Part shown: positions 36,382 to 47,908 of the stretch, in pieces
Layout of the letters: each line of letters starts with the position of its first letter
How positions within the stretch are numbered: the stretch's first letter is position 1
DNA from: Schizochytrium sp. TIO01
Taxonomy: Eukaryota > Protista > Bigyra: Labyrinthulomycetes
Length of the DNA: 64,000 bases
Direction: 5' to 3'
Assembly (NCBI GenBank): GCA_004764695.1
Contig: SMSO01000005.1
Span: 1,798,001 to 1,862,000 of the forward strand
Position numbers and translations under genes: made by a program
The notes under the pieces: generated by a model
Told to the model about the DNA's origin: nothing
What the model saw: the letters and a program-made list of their open reading frames with translations, nothing else
Database searches by the model: none

Positions 36382-37587
36382 TCACGCATCGAGCAATAGG
36401 TCATAATGGTTCCCAGCCTCGGAATACCTACCACGGCGCCACAACAATTTGACAGGGTCGGAGTCAGCATCACCATAGGTAAGAAGATGTTCGTACCCAC
36501 TTCCCTCTGGTTTGAAAATAGCAATATTCATGTGATGTTTCCGCGCCAATAGCCAAAATTCTGTCTCGCCTGCATACTCGTTCCTAGACATTGCATTGAC
36601 ATACTCATTGAAGGTCGGAAATTTGTCATCCTTCATGAGCACAAGCTGTTCTACAGTCAAACCGGTGCCTGTCATTTCCTCGTCAGCACAGCGGCGAAGC
36701 TCATCAGCAGCGTCCCGGCGCAGTTGAAGAGCCAACCGCGTCTCCCGGTCCAAGGATAATACACCATTATATTGTCCTTGGACAATGGCTCGAAAAGCGC
36801 AGTTACCATCGCCCGTGATGGTCTTGACACGAAAATTATTTCCGGAATTATCATCAAGATTCGTGTTACGACCATACGTACTGTGCATTGAGGGGCCAGA
36901 ACTACTCCGGCGTGAAGAGCTAACTGCTGCATTGTAAGATGGTGGTGGTGGGCCGTTCGGTGCCGTGCTGGCGCTTGGCTTTTTTATTTCCATGCCATAA
37001 AGCTTCACATTGGTCTTTTTACCATCCAGTCGAAGAGCATCCAATGCCATTTCAGCATGCTTAGCACTGTAAGAGGAGCGTTTGCTAAACAGTGGCCTTT
37101 TTGAGTCGCGTGTCGCTGAAGGTCTAAAATCCTCGAAATCCTGATCTTCAAGTTCTCTTTGTCTGCGCTCTTCTTCTTCAGGTCGAAAGTTTTCAATGAT
37201 TTGTTGTCGGATGCCATCCATGCAAAAATTCATTTTCATCTGCAACTTATTCAGTGTATCTTGAACCTCCTCTGCCTGAGCTTCATATCTGGGGCCCGTT
37301 TCTTGAGGTCGGTTCAAGCGCAAACCAAGCACACAGGCGACATACAAGTGAAGACAATAGAACGCATTGTCCCACTGTCCCTCATTAGAATAATCAAGGT
37401 AGTAATTGTAGATCTTCATGGCCTCCACATAGCGATCAGGCACATTCTTCTTGAAACTACTCTTCGCTTTTTCGACCCTCTTCTTGATTTCACTCTTTTC
37501 CTGTTCCCACTGGTCGTTCACCTTCCTCGCAAACGCAGGATCCGCCATGAGTTCTTCCACCGTCAACTTTGGCACCATGCCTGCCAT
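36382..37587 (-). CDS. OTU-family deubiquitinase with N-terminal helical (MIT/USP8-dimer-like) domain
   Basis: OTU motifs ITGDGNCAFRAI, YAGETE and NHYDLL, so the catalytic D/C/H residues are present. Confidence 0.88.
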   Translation of the reverse strand: MAGMVPKLTVEELMADPAFARKVNDQWEQEKSEIKKRVEKAKSSFKKNVPDRYVEAMKIYNYYLDYSNEGQWDNAFYCLHLYVACVLGLRLNRPQETGPRYEAQAEEVQDTLNKLQMKMNFCMDGIRQQIIENFRPEEEERRQRELEDQDFEDFRPSATRDSKRPLFSKRSSYSAKHAEMALDALRLDGKKTNVKLYGMEIKKPSASTAPNGPPPPSYNAAVSSSRRSSSGPSMHSTYGRNTNLDDNSGNNFRVKTITGDGNCAFRAIVQGQYNGVLSLDRETRLALQLRRDAADELRRCADEEMTGTGLTVEQLVLMKDDKFPTFNEYVNAMSRNEYAGETEFWLLARKHHMNIAIFKPEGSGYEHLLTYGDADSDPVKLLWRRGRYSEAGNHYDLLLDA

Positions 37588-39891
37588 GGTTGCGATTCTT
37601 TTTCACGAAATGGCAAGATTATTATTGGCTCTTTAACATAACAACCCCTCTGTAAATGAACTTCCCACTCCAAACTTTATTCTCGCTGCTCCTTTTGACT
37701 GCCTTGAACTGGCCAACCTGGTTGCCAAGCTGTGTCCAAGCTATTCCTTCTTCTAAAGATTGATGTTGTTTTCTTCTGCCCCGACGCACTAGTATAGGAG
37801 CACCTTGCCAACGGTCTCTCGCACGGCAGTTGTTCGTGCAGCCTCCGCAGCGCAGCTCCGGAGCGCTCCGAGGAGGTTGGAGGCTGCTTTTGCTGCGAGT
37901 TTCCAGCGGGTTTGCTCTGATGTTACTCGCCCAGCATCGATAAATTGATCTAGGACGCGATCTACGGGCCTTGATAGCGTAAATTATAGAACTATGGGTA
38001 GTACTACTACTCCTGAAGCATCGTGTGTTAAAGGGCGTCTGTGAGAGAGCAAGATGTCCACTTGGGGTCCCAACTAGAATGAAATCGCAGCAGCTCAGGC
38101 TGGCTATCTGCAACTCATGTTTGCCGATGCACAAAGGATTTCCAAATGAGGTGAGGGACTCGAAGACTAAGCTTGTGTCGCACAGACAGTAGCTATGTGG
38201 GCTGTATTAGCGCTTGCAGGTTGGAGAGTTTTTTTGGTTTTTATTATCAAAAATTTGCGGTTTACACAAGAATCTAGTAGTAGTTCTTCTACGCGGTTTG
38301 TTGAAACTGATGCCACGCGTTCGCAGAAATGGTTGAAGCCTTTTCGAAGAGCCAAAGGTCATACGATGTCATTTCCATGTTTGTCGAGGCTACGAAGCAT
38401 TTGCTTTGGTAGCGAGATTGGTGACTCACTCCAATACCAGTTCTAGACAAGACCCCAAGAGCAACTTTTGTCTTTGTTCTGCAAAGTCACAGCACTCCTC
38501 CACACGGCATTTGAGGTTTGCTGAGGTTAATCAAAGCGCATGTTCCAGCTCACTTCGCACGGCATCCTTATGCGGCTACTTATTATTGCACACCGCGCAA
38601 GGAGACAGTCCTTTAGGAGTTGGTCTCTCGAAACAGAAAAAAGCTGCGAGTGCGCACACGTACCTATGGTTAGAACAACACCTCTTGTCTTGTTGTGTGG
38701 ACTCGAAGGCTGCTGCTTCTACTTCTAGAGTTCTAAACCGCGAGTGAGAGTTTGGTTGTACTGTTGTAGTCCAAACCTCCAAACTAGGTACCTATGATTG
38801 TACAAGGTTTAGTTAGCTAGAAGGTCATTCTGATCCCAAGTTAGCGTCGGGGATTACCTGACCGTCGGACCGGTTCAAGACGCACGCAGGTTGCACAGCC
38901 GAGTCCGCTTGCGAAAGAGCGATAATAGTCCTAGAGGCCACATCTTCTTCACATCTGCGACTCGGATTTCTATCTTGCAAGTTCTCAGATGTAATGCACA
39001 TTTGCAGTTAGTTCCCTACCTCTAGCTAGAGGAGTATTGATTTACTTCTGCGCCAATAGAGTGAGTGGGTTCTTTCAAGCTCAGGAGCCATACCAAATGT
39101 GGCTCAGAAGGATCGTGGCGGATGGGATGACTCATGGTGCGTGGCTCCGAGCCTTTGAGTTCTCTTCGGGTTTGTAGAGATCATGCATCGTCGTCGTACA
39201 AAGCATCTTGACAGATCGGGCGTGGCATGTAATGTTAGTTTACTTTGGACTAAATTGTGTAATTGGAGAGGGAATGATGGGATTTCTACCACTGTTTGGT
39301 AGTGCTCGTAAGTAGCCGCCATCTTCAGTTAATGAACAATTCATCAGGCGTCTCTGAAATCCTTCGACCCAAGTTGGTAGATAGATAGAAAACAATTCAA
39401 TTATTCGCTCGAGCTAGTTAGTTGAATTTTGTTTTTCTCGCCGTGCACGAGATGCGTGAATAAGGATTGGAGTAGGTAGTTACTAGGTACTGCATAGTGC
39501 CTAGTAACGAATAAGAGGGTCTCGCAGAGCCTCGATCGATTCCCAATTCCGACTTGACGAACCGACACCTTGACATATTTTAGTCACTCAAAGGCAAGTG
39601 AATCAAAAGGTTAGACTTCAAGAGAAGAAACTCGGGCACTTCCAAGTTTGCAATCCACTAAACAATATCCTTGCGAGTTGGCTGGTTTCGCGGAGGGGCT
39701 CACTCGCTGCTACCCTTCCTAAAATCAGTACTAGAATCGATCTTTCGGGCGTTTGTTATCTTCATCCGCAACAAAGCGTGTGCGGAAAAGGCAGCAAACC
39801 AAAATCAAAAGAACCCAGCTGGCCTCGAGGTAGGCACATCTAGCGAAGCAGCTGGAGCTTGAGGAGTGAATTACGCGGCAACATCAAGACC

Positions 39892-40839
39892 ATGGCGACC
39901 GCAGGCGAGTTTATCTTGACGGGTGGCCTGAGCGCTGCAGTAGGAGGCCTCCTGGTGTACCTGGCTATGCGTAAGCACATGTGCAACTTTGGCCGCGTCG
40001 AACAGATCGATGATGCTGCATACTCCATTGCAGACCAGGTAGCGCGTTTTGAGCATGCGAAGGAGACCAACAACCAGCGTGTCCTTGACATTGATAGCTA
40101 TTTCGACAAAAGTAAACTCAAGAACAAGCGCATTCTTGTGGTGGGTGCCAGCCGTGGAGTAGGTATTGAAGTTGTCAAAGAGGCAGTCTCCTGCGGTGCC
40201 AAGGTAATTGCTACTGTGCGTCGCTCCAACCAGGAAATTCAAGACACTGGATGCACTCAGATCATCGCCGATGTCGATGTCACTTCAGATAGTGGCATGA
40301 AGAGTCTGGTGAACCAGCTCTCGGAGCCCGTGGACATTTGCATTGTCGTTGCGGGTTACTTTTACGGACCTGTAGAACGCCTCACGGACGGCTCGCTCAA
40401 CTTTGATGAGGAATGGAAAATGATTGACATCTGTGGTCTTGGTCCTCTCCGCGTGGCAAACGCTCTTGTCAACAACAAGTTGATCAAGAATGGAGGCCGC
40501 TTTGCAATTGTCACATCCCAAGCAGGTTCTATCAAATGGCGCGAGACGCAGAACCCGCACGGTGACAATTATGGCCACCACATGTCTCGTGCTTGCACCA
40601 ACATGATGGGTCGCTTGCTCTCCTTTGAGCTCAAGGCCAAGAACGTCTCTGTGTCTCTTCTTCACCCTGGTTTTAACCGTACCGAAATGACTGCCAAATA
40701 CAGTGCAATTTGGGACAAGGAGGGTGCAGTGGAGCCTAGTGTTGGTGCTAAGCGTGTCCTTCATGAAGTCAACCTCATGTCCATGAAGAACACCGGCTCT
40801 TTCATTAACTGTGAGGATGGTCTCCTCATTCCTTGGTAA
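39892..40839 (+). CDS. Short-chain dehydrogenase/reductase, CsgA/C-factor-like, with N-terminal membrane anchor
   Basis: Rossmann motif VVGASRGVG, DVT, TSQAGSI, LHPGFNRTEMT, C-terminal TGSFINCEDGLLIPW. First ATG is at 39892. Confidence 0.88.
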   Translation: MATAGEFILTGGLSAAVGGLLVYLAMRKHMCNFGRVEQIDDAAYSIADQVARFEHAKETNNQRVLDIDSYFDKSKLKNKRILVVGASRGVGIEVVKEAVSCGAKVIATVRRSNQEIQDTGCTQIIADVDVTSDSGMKSLVNQLSEPVDICIVVAGYFYGPVERLTDGSLNFDEEWKMIDICGLGPLRVANALVNNKLIKNGGRFAIVTSQAGSIKWRETQNPHGDNYGHHMSRACTNMMGRLLSFELKAKNVSVSLLHPGFNRTEMTAKYSAIWDKEGAVEPSVGAKRVLHEVNLMSMKNTGSFINCEDGLLIPW

Positions 40840-41229
40840 ATATTGATTGAAAGTAATAAACTTCCCCTTTTATTTTTCGTTAAAGCTACTCATTCTTAAT
40901 ATACGTGGCGAAATGCAAGAGGCCTATGCCTATCAGAGTTCGAGTAAAATGTGGTCACACAGCCCAGACCAGGTGATATAAAGTCTGCTGCCTGTTGAAA
41001 CGATCCACCCAAATGAAAACAGCTCAGGGGTATATATTCTTAAGGTTGCACATTATTTGATACTGCTGCTACTTTTGATTGAGTGTTTGTGTGTGCGGGG
41101 GGGGTATAAAGATTTGCCTACTCGATTGAAAGAGTATATATATATATATATGAGATAAATGTTCGCACCAGTGATTTTCTCCAAAGTGGATTGCTGATCA
41201 GCAGTTGGGACTCTTGTTTTTCATGAATT

Positions 41230-42723
41230 TCAATACAACATTTCATCGCGGAAGGTGCCCCCAGACGAAACAAAACTTTCGGTAAGCATCCGCTGTTTCT
41301 GTCCAATAAATTCATTTGTAGGCGTTAGAGGCTTCCCCAAGGCTGCATTTTCTGATGCAAGTTCTTCTTTATCAAAAAGACAAGCCCGAACCCCCTTCTC
41401 AAGTCGCTCTCGAAGATTGTGCCTATCAAGAGCACCAATAAACACCAATACGGAATACTTATCTTCGTCCATGTACAATCCTTGAGGAACGAAGTCCACA
41501 TGCCCGAAGACACCTTGCATAACAACTCGGATATCCTGACCGTGTTTCCTTGACCACAACAGTCCTTTATAACGGATCAGAGCGTCTGGGCATGACTCAA
41601 TAATGGATGTCTCAATCCAGCCACGAAGGCGTCCCCAATCGAGTGGGCCATCACGCAATGTGACACTCATAGTTGCAAACCCTAGAGAGTCATGTGTATG
41701 AACTTTATCACGATGATGACCATTTTCATGGTGGTGGTTGCCATGACCATTTCCATCGCCATGGTTATGACCATTACCTTCATGATGAGTGGCATCTGAA
41801 TGATGATGATGATGATGATGATCATCATGATCATGGCTTTCAGATCTAGAATGATCACTGGGTTGATCTACAAATAATAAAATATCGGAGAGTTCTGAAG
41901 CTTTCTTGAGAGAGAACGCATGCTCCTTCATGAGTCTTCCCGGCTGAAGGATTTCGGGAAGTGGCGCGTCGCGGAGGGCGCACGTTTCAATACGACAGGT
42001 CCGATTGATCTGTTTAATAGCTTCGCGTAAATCAATCTCAATCTCCTTGCCGTCGTTTCTTGCATTTAGCTTGTTGAGTATAACCGTGTCAGAAAGCGAA
42101 ATTTGCTCACGTGTAAGCTCGCCAAGAAGCTCGAAATCTTTAGCAGCTTCTGGGCCTCCATCATATGTGCTCTTTCCTAGCAACAAACGATCAGACTGAA
42201 GACCATCTATAACACAAATGACACTGTCAAGCTGCAGAGATCGCTGGACAAAGCTGTCTGAAAAGAACGTTTGGACAACCGGTGCTAAGCTGCTAAGCCC
42301 AGACAACTCAAGCACCACACCATCGAGGGTTTTAGCGCGGCCAATGAGCCTTTTGAATGTGTCTACAAGATCACCTCTTACACGGCAGCACATGCAGCCA
42401 TTGGGCATAAGTACGACTTCATCGGCGTTATCCATGGCTATCCTTGCCTTGTCGTCACGTAAGAGCTTGTCGTCAATGCTTTCTTGCCCAACTTCATTTT
42501 CTATGACAGCGATTCGCAGGCCACTTTCGGTCAGAATCCTGCGTAACAAAGTCGTTTTACCGGCACCAAGGATGCCCGTCAGCACAACGCAAGGCAACCT
42601 TTGTGCCCGGAGCGTCCCACAAGACTCGGCCTCCAGCCGGTCCGCAGCAGTCAGGCCCGAGCCAGCATCGCCGCCAGCCTCCGCCGCCGCCTCCGCTGCT
42701 GCCTGTTCGCAGAACCTGCACAT
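41230..42723 (-). CDS. COG0523/CobW-family (ZNG1-like) metallochaperone GTPase
   Basis: Motifs LTGILGAGKTT, IENEVG, NGCMCCRVRGDL, a long His-rich linker, and CobW_C (IRYKGLL, MQGVF, LVFIG). First ATG is at 42723 (MCRFCE). Confidence 0.92.
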   Translation of the reverse strand: MCRFCEQAAAEAAAEAGGDAGSGLTAADRLEAESCGTLRAQRLPCVVLTGILGAGKTTLLRRILTESGLRIAVIENEVGQESIDDKLLRDDKARIAMDNADEVVLMPNGCMCCRVRGDLVDTFKRLIGRAKTLDGVVLELSGLSSLAPVVQTFFSDSFVQRSLQLDSVICVIDGLQSDRLLLGKSTYDGGPEAAKDFELLGELTREQISLSDTVILNKLNARNDGKEIEIDLREAIKQINRTCRIETCALRDAPLPEILQPGRLMKEHAFSLKKASELSDILLFVDQPSDHSRSESHDHDDHHHHHHHSDATHHEGNGHNHGDGNGHGNHHHENGHHRDKVHTHDSLGFATMSVTLRDGPLDWGRLRGWIETSIIESCPDALIRYKGLLWSRKHGQDIRVVMQGVFGHVDFVPQGLYMDEDKYSVLVFIGALDRHNLRERLEKGVRACLFDKEELASENAALGKPLTPTNEFIGQKQRMLTESFVSSGGTFRDEMLY

Positions 42724-43393
42724 ATTTCGCAAGAGATCAGGCCGCGCAAATCTCCAAAGCCTTTATGGAGACGCGTCAACGATTCACGATTTGTGCTCCG
42801 AGTTTGGTTCAAGATTTGCGACAAACTCAAACACGCACAGAAATGAGAGTACGAAGTCCGAGCGTTGAGCTTTTATGGAACGAGCTGCCTCCTTAGAAGG
42901 CAAGTCGCCTCAGATGGAGCAGGCAAGCCAAGCCTACCATACAGCTCCAAAAGCTCGACAGCACCCAAGTACGAATTTTAGCATCATGAGCACCAAAATT
43001 CGAAAGACGAAAGGGACCATTTTTAAGCTAATCTGGCTCGATATCGCGTAAAAGAGGGGTCACGCGCCTCTCTAAGCCGCTCTTTACTTGCTTCCTTAGG
43101 ACTTGGCTTTCTTGAAACTTTGTAGAGCGACCAAACTGGCATCGTCTTAGTACTATTAGTTTCTCACTAATGAAAATATGTGTATTAGTATGCGTTTGGG
43201 GCCGAGTCGATTCGCAGCGGAATAATATACAATGAAGACTACAGAAGTAAAGTTTGCTGCGACAGATCGTATCCTCGGTTCCGCGCGGTCGCGGCGGCGT
43301 TTGCAGGCGCCGAGGCGGAAAGAACGCTTGGTTTTAGAGCAACCATAAGTTCGTGGCCACCTTCACGGAACGCGCTTCCTGCAACGTGACAAC

Positions 43394-46138
43394 ATGACTA
43401 CCGTGGCGAGCCGAGATGGCCTCGCCAGGAGACCGCCGGCTCTGGCGGCGCCATCAAGACAATCTTCGGCGAACTCTACGAACTCTGAAGACGCTTCTGC
43501 AATTTCAACAACAAGCAGCACAAACGCAAATGGGAACTCTAACTCGAATGTTAATTTGAATACGGGCAATCCTGGAAATGCCAACGTTGTAACGGGGAAT
43601 AACTTGGTCAGCGCCTCTGCAAATGCGGCAACAAACGCGCTGGGCTTGAGAAATTCTGCGCTGGAGGAGGTCGTGGCGCTTGGCACGGATCCTCAGGCAC
43701 TAGAAGAGGCTTTGCAAGCAACACTTCGAGAGGAAGAGGATTTGCAAAAGCAAATTGGACAAGCTCTAGCCATCTCGCTGAGGGCCGGCCATGACCAAGA
43801 TGGAGAAGCTAGACACGAACAACTTGACCAAACCTTAGCACAACTTGATGACAGCATTCCGACGCTTCAAAGTGTGTACGCTGGAGCCGCCAAACTTGAA
43901 GGACGTATTGCGGAGACTCGCCAAATGGCGGACGTCGTGAGCCACCGTGTGCGTGAAATTGATCTTGCTAGGTCACGGGCACTTGAAGCATTGGCGCAGG
44001 TCCGCAGAGTCGTGGAACTCCGCGAGTGTCTCAAGGGTGTCAAGGAGTGTATGGCAAGTGAGGATCTTGAAGCAGCATCTGACTTTGTGCACAGATACCG
44101 CTCCAGCGGTGTGGGTCAAGCTGGGAACGATGAGCCTGAGTCAAGTGCAGAATTTAAGGCTCGGGAGGAATCTCTCAGCCGCAGTGCTCTTGAGGAGCTC
44201 ACTCGAGCCTTTGAAGCTCGGGATGAGGACAAGATTCTGAAGGTTTGTCGGGTTTTCGCCAAGCTCGGCCAGCCTAAGGAAGGTGTATCTCGTCTACTTC
44301 GCTACCGCTGCGAGCAGCTTCGTCGCGATGTCAACATGGAAATTGAACTCACCAGTTCCGAGGATGATACTGCTCGCAATGATTACGAATATGATCCAAG
44401 TGGACAACAAGGGTACGGGGACGAGGGTGGAAACGCCAAGGCAAAGTCCTTTTTGGATCTCCTGGTGCATTTGTTAAACCAAGGTGCTGCCGTCATTCAA
44501 CGTACATCGAACGTGGTCCGCAGACATGTATCAAGATCTCAAGAACTCCAGGCGCTTATTGTGTCATCAATTCATGCAGAGTGTGATGGGCTCATCACCA
44601 AGATTCTGCGCCTTTTCATGGAGCGTCGTCGTGTTGAGGAGCGTGCGCGCATTATTATGTCAGATCCTTCTAGATTAGGAGAGGCTATGCGCCTTGGCAC
44701 ATCAGGCTGGGTTGGTGCTGGCCAGGGCGAAGAAGACGAAGATACTCGTACCGAGGCGATCCAGGCATTAGATAGTTTCCTTGATGATGCGGCACTGATG
44801 CTCAAACACACAGAAACATACAACCAGTTTATCCAGGGTAAGCGAGCTGAGCTTGGTATGGGGGATAGTGAGTCTCGGGAATACATTAATGTCGTACAAG
44901 AACTAGCTGGATACTATGCAGTTTTAGAAAAAACCTACATGGCTACGGCGATTGACACTGCGCTCAGCATCGAGGGTATCATGGAGCGCACAAGTGTACC
45001 GCCAACAGCAGGTCGCGTTGGGGAAGACCCGGCTATGGCGGCCGGAATCGAGAGTGGAGGAAAGCAAGTTGTCGTCTCTACTATTGCAGAAGATGCATTC
45101 TTTGTGGTTGATAAATGTCGCGACCGTGCTACCGCTACTGGCCATATTGACAGTATCTGTGCCGTTGTGAACCACATTGTTCAAGTGCTTGAAGACAAAA
45201 TTGGTACACAGCTTCAGTCCCGCGTTAACGCAATCCGCACAGGTACTCAATCACTTGGTATCCAAGGGCAAGAACAATTTGACCGTTTGCGTGCTGGATT
45301 TTCACAGGCGCAACAAGCACTCTCTGCAACAGGATCGTCGTCTTCCGCGACTGGAAAGAATACCCACGGTGCCAATCAAGCTGAGAATGATGACGCTGAA
45401 ACGCTTCGAGCACCGGAAACAACCATCAATAGTCTGACGCTCTGTATTCTTTACACTAATCGCTTGCGTGCAACCCTAGAGGCCCATGCAGACTCGCTCC
45501 CTGATGACCGTCGCCGCCGCCATCTTAAGGAGTGTGTAGATGGCTTCTTAGAGACTTCGGACCTCTTTCAGCGTACTGTAAACCGTGGCTTGGAGAGTCT
45601 CACCAAGCTTATCAAACCACGATTGCAATCCCGCATCCAATCAACAGTCGGCAATCCGGGCATCAGCTTCGAGCTTTCTGAGGAGGATTACATGACACAG
45701 AACGAGTCAAACGACCCGTATGTTTGGACAGTCTTGCAGATGGCAGATGATCTTCTAAACGAAGCCTGCCTCCACCTTGACCTCGAGTCCACTCAACAAC
45801 TAGGTACTCGCGTAGCTGGTGTTGTTGCTGAGGAACTCATGGCTACGATTGTGCAAAAACGATTCACAGCTTTTGGCGCTCTTTTGTTAGATCGTCAGTT
45901 GCGGGCCATTGTCAAGTTCTTTGATGGCCGTTTTGGTGCGGATGCAAGATTGCGTTTCCGCCGTTTGCAGCAGATTACAGACCTGCTCAATATTGATCGC
46001 GTCGAGGATGTCCATGATGTATATGTACCGCCTTCGTCTGCCTCGGATACGACCGCGTTGGACCGTAGAGCTGTAAAACGTGCTTTAGCCCTGCGGGTCG
46101 ACTTTAAGCAAGACGACATTAAGCGCTTGAAAATCTAA
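43394..46138 (+). CDS. COG4: Conserved oligomeric Golgi complex subunit 4
   Basis: 914-aa ORF with VSHRVREIDLARSR, SEDLEAASDFVHRY, STIAEDAFFVV, and C-terminal FTAFGALLLDRQLR...RFRRLQQI...LALRVDF...IKRLKI. Confidence 0.9.
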   Translation: MTTVASRDGLARRPPALAAPSRQSSANSTNSEDASAISTTSSTNANGNSNSNVNLNTGNPGNANVVTGNNLVSASANAATNALGLRNSALEEVVALGTDPQALEEALQATLREEEDLQKQIGQALAISLRAGHDQDGEARHEQLDQTLAQLDDSIPTLQSVYAGAAKLEGRIAETRQMADVVSHRVREIDLARSRALEALAQVRRVVELRECLKGVKECMASEDLEAASDFVHRYRSSGVGQAGNDEPESSAEFKAREESLSRSALEELTRAFEARDEDKILKVCRVFAKLGQPKEGVSRLLRYRCEQLRRDVNMEIELTSSEDDTARNDYEYDPSGQQGYGDEGGNAKAKSFLDLLVHLLNQGAAVIQRTSNVVRRHVSRSQELQALIVSSIHAECDGLITKILRLFMERRRVEERARIIMSDPSRLGEAMRLGTSGWVGAGQGEEDEDTRTEAIQALDSFLDDAALMLKHTETYNQFIQGKRAELGMGDSESREYINVVQELAGYYAVLEKTYMATAIDTALSIEGIMERTSVPPTAGRVGEDPAMAAGIESGGKQVVVSTIAEDAFFVVDKCRDRATATGHIDSICAVVNHIVQVLEDKIGTQLQSRVNAIRTGTQSLGIQGQEQFDRLRAGFSQAQQALSATGSSSSATGKNTHGANQAENDDAETLRAPETTINSLTLCILYTNRLRATLEAHADSLPDDRRRRHLKECVDGFLETSDLFQRTVNRGLESLTKLIKPRLQSRIQSTVGNPGISFELSEEDYMTQNESNDPYVWTVLQMADDLLNEACLHLDLESTQQLGTRVAGVVAEELMATIVQKRFTAFGALLLDRQLRAIVKFFDGRFGADARLRFRRLQQITDLLNIDRVEDVHDVYVPPSSASDTTALDRRAVKRALALRVDFKQDDIKRLKI

Positions 46139-47242
46139 AACAAATAACATTTTCTTGTGTGGCTTTACTTCGCCCCAACATTCTTGAAAACAGCACTTGC
46201 TTTTCTTTCTTTCTTTCTTCATTTTTTAAATGTAACTTTGTTTGCCAAACTAGCATGTTGCTGTGTATATTCGTTCGCTTCGCTGTCACCAGTTGAAACT
46301 CTTGAAACTCTTAATTGCAAAGTTAACTTTGGTTATCTACATAAATGTTTTAAGTAACGTTTCGGCAAGTACACTATTGGAATATGAAACAGTGATATGA
46401 GGCATCTGAAAAAATAGACCTTACAAAAACAAGAAAATAATCAATTTCTTTCAAGTTCAGAAATCAACAGACCTCTTACCATCAATCGTACAAACAAGAA
46501 ATCTTTTGCATGAAGTCACTACAAACAGCGACGGAATTATATCACTTTGACGACCCCAGCGACATTTGAACCATGATAATCAATATGCAAAGACGAACGT
46601 TAAAGAGCAAACTTGTTTTACAAATATAATAAAGATAGAGAGGTCTCCTTACTATGATGAAATCTCTCGTCCCTTGAGTTTTCCTTGAGATCTTCATTAC
46701 AGGTATCGTGCGTTGAGAAGAATGACAAACTCATCCCTTATGTTGCTTTCGCTCGTCTGGTCGATTGACTAACTGCATATTGGGGCCGAAGACAATAGGT
46801 CTACAAACAATATGCAGTGAGAGCATGAAAGAACCACTGCTTTCTTGCTCGCCAGCAACGACGATGATTAAAGAATTTTGTTTGTTTGTTTGTTTGATTG
46901 TTTTTTAGACAGTATTGCTGGTCTGGTTCAAACATCTCAACCAACCTCCTATAGTGCGGACCTGGCTACACCACAGGATTGTCTGCTTGATTTGCATGAC
47001 GACTACAACAACATGAACGCAATGGGAGTGCATCATCAGAAGTTGGTCTAGCAACTATCTTAACAAGCAGAAGTCTACATGATGCAAGATATCAGAACAG
47101 CAGCATAATGTCCCTGAAGCCGATCGTGAGAAAGCCAGTAACGTAGCTAGAAGTGATTTTCATTCGACAATAACAATGGTAAGCTGTTTTGTCTTCTGCC
47201 ACACACGTTGTAATTACTCACGTCGAGTAGCGGTATCACGTC

Positions 47243-47908
47243 TTAATTGAGCGAAGCAAAAGCCCCGTACCGCACCCCCTTAGGCTCGAGGACATCCAAG
47301 GGGTCGTCCATATCACTCATGCGAACAAGAATGAAAATACATGCACAAAGTGCCAAGACACCACCAGTGAGAGACAGATAGACACCAATGAGGAGGCGTC
47401 CTTCATTAAGAGAACCTTGCACTATAATGCAGTAAACAATGCTTGTAATAAGAAAAATGCCGCAGCTTGCGAGCTGCAGTATCACACGGTAGTCGAGGCC
47501 ACGAATCGATTGATAACCAAAGCGACTCCAGACAAGCTCTGCGCCAACAATGCAAATAACAGTCAGGCCCATGCCAATCATGGCGGCCATCGAAGCTGAG
47601 TAAAGCTGGCTGGACTCGATCTGGTTATCGATGAACTTGGTTGCCCAGGGCGGCATGGAGGAAGATGCGCTGGTATCACCGTCATTTCCTGGGATAGGAG
47701 ATGAAGAAACCTTTTTGGCATTTTCAAGCGCTTTGCACAGTGGACCCGAGTGGCACCACGTGAGACCCACATCTGCATATAAACTAGGAATGCCAGGGCT
47801 AGTGACCCTAGCCCAAGGCGTGAGCATTGCCGCTACAATGAGGAGTACCAGCAGCACGGAGACACCTCTAAGTCTCCTCAACACCTCGCGTTCGCCATGA
47901 AAGTACAT
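47243..47908 (-). CDS. Four-TM claudin/PMP22-like membrane protein
   Basis: Four hydrophobic helices. The first loop has W...GLTWC...C, and the C-terminal YGAF is a YxxPhi-like sorting motif. First ATG is at 47908. Confidence 0.65.
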   Translation of the reverse strand: MYFHGEREVLRRLRGVSVLLVLLIVAAMLTPWARVTSPGIPSLYADVGLTWCHSGPLCKALENAKKVSSSPIPGNDGDTSASSSMPPWATKFIDNQIESSQLYSASMAAMIGMGLTVICIVGAELVWSRFGYQSIRGLDYRVILQLASCGIFLITSIVYCIIVQGSLNEGRLLIGVYLSLTGGVLALCACIFILVRMSDMDDPLDVLEPKGVRYGAFASLN

